Assembly (NCBI GenBank): GCA_951406725.2 | Contig: OX597816.1 | Location: forward strand, 150,846,001 to 150,910,000 | DNA: 64,000 nt | Reading direction: 5' to 3' | DNA from: Octopus vulgaris | Taxonomy: Eukaryota | Shown: piece by piece, positions 63,794 through 64,000 of the stretch | Position numbering within the stretch: the first letter of the stretch is position 1 | How the letters are laid out: every line of letters starts with the position of its first letter | Notes under the pieces: model-generated | Databases searched by the model: none | Told to the model about the DNA's origin: nothing | The model's input: only the letters and a program-made list of their open reading frames with translations | Translations under genes and position numbers: made by a program

Positions 63794-64000
63794 AGGCAGT
63801 GAGCTGGCAGAATCATTAGCATGCCAGAAGAAATGTTTAGCAGCATTTTGTCCACCTTGACATTCTGAGTTCAAATTCCACCAAGGTCAACTTTGCCTTT
63901 CATCCTTTCGGGGCTGATAAATTAAGTACCAGTGAAGCACTCGGGTTGATGTGATTGACTAGTCCTCTCCCTCCAAAATTTCAGGCCTTGTGCTTTTATA
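63794..64000 (+). mobile_element. tRNA-derived SINE family B
   Basis: Homologous to 57161-57372. Confidence 0.75.

Overview
This is AT-rich, intron-rich eukaryotic genomic DNA dense in microsatellites, SINEs and LINEs. The repeat families look like those of Octopus (a coleoid cephalopod); that assignment is my inference from repeat recognition. Three spliced genes could be rebuilt by hand with GT-AG boundaries and consistent phases. (1) The 3' five coding exons of an AMPK beta subunit lie on the + strand at 3261-14851. (2) A complete peroxiredoxin-5 lies on the - strand at 23801-39122/40057. (3) The 3' exons of a class-3 fatty aldehyde dehydrogenase with a C-terminal membrane anchor lie on the - strand at 50820-62625. 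Introns and intergenic DNA hold a decayed gag-less Gypsy LTR element, RTE, CR1, R4/Dong, CRE-like and Tigger-like fragments, several tRNA-SINE families and a MITE. The best leads are these. PRDX5 appears to use two alternative first exons (a mitochondrial presequence versus a 5-codon MDVIK exon) and lacks a PTS1. A 98-bp identical copy of PRDX5 exon 3 sits in an in-frame, same-length candidate cassette exon. ALDH3A2 has candidate alternative tails after its membrane anchor and a cluster of long hairpins at its 3' end. A foldback carries a hammerhead-ribozyme-like motif, and the two LTRs differ only by transitions. I found no evidence of a wholly new multi-gene system. Repeat coordinates are approximate; exon coordinates were counted by hand.
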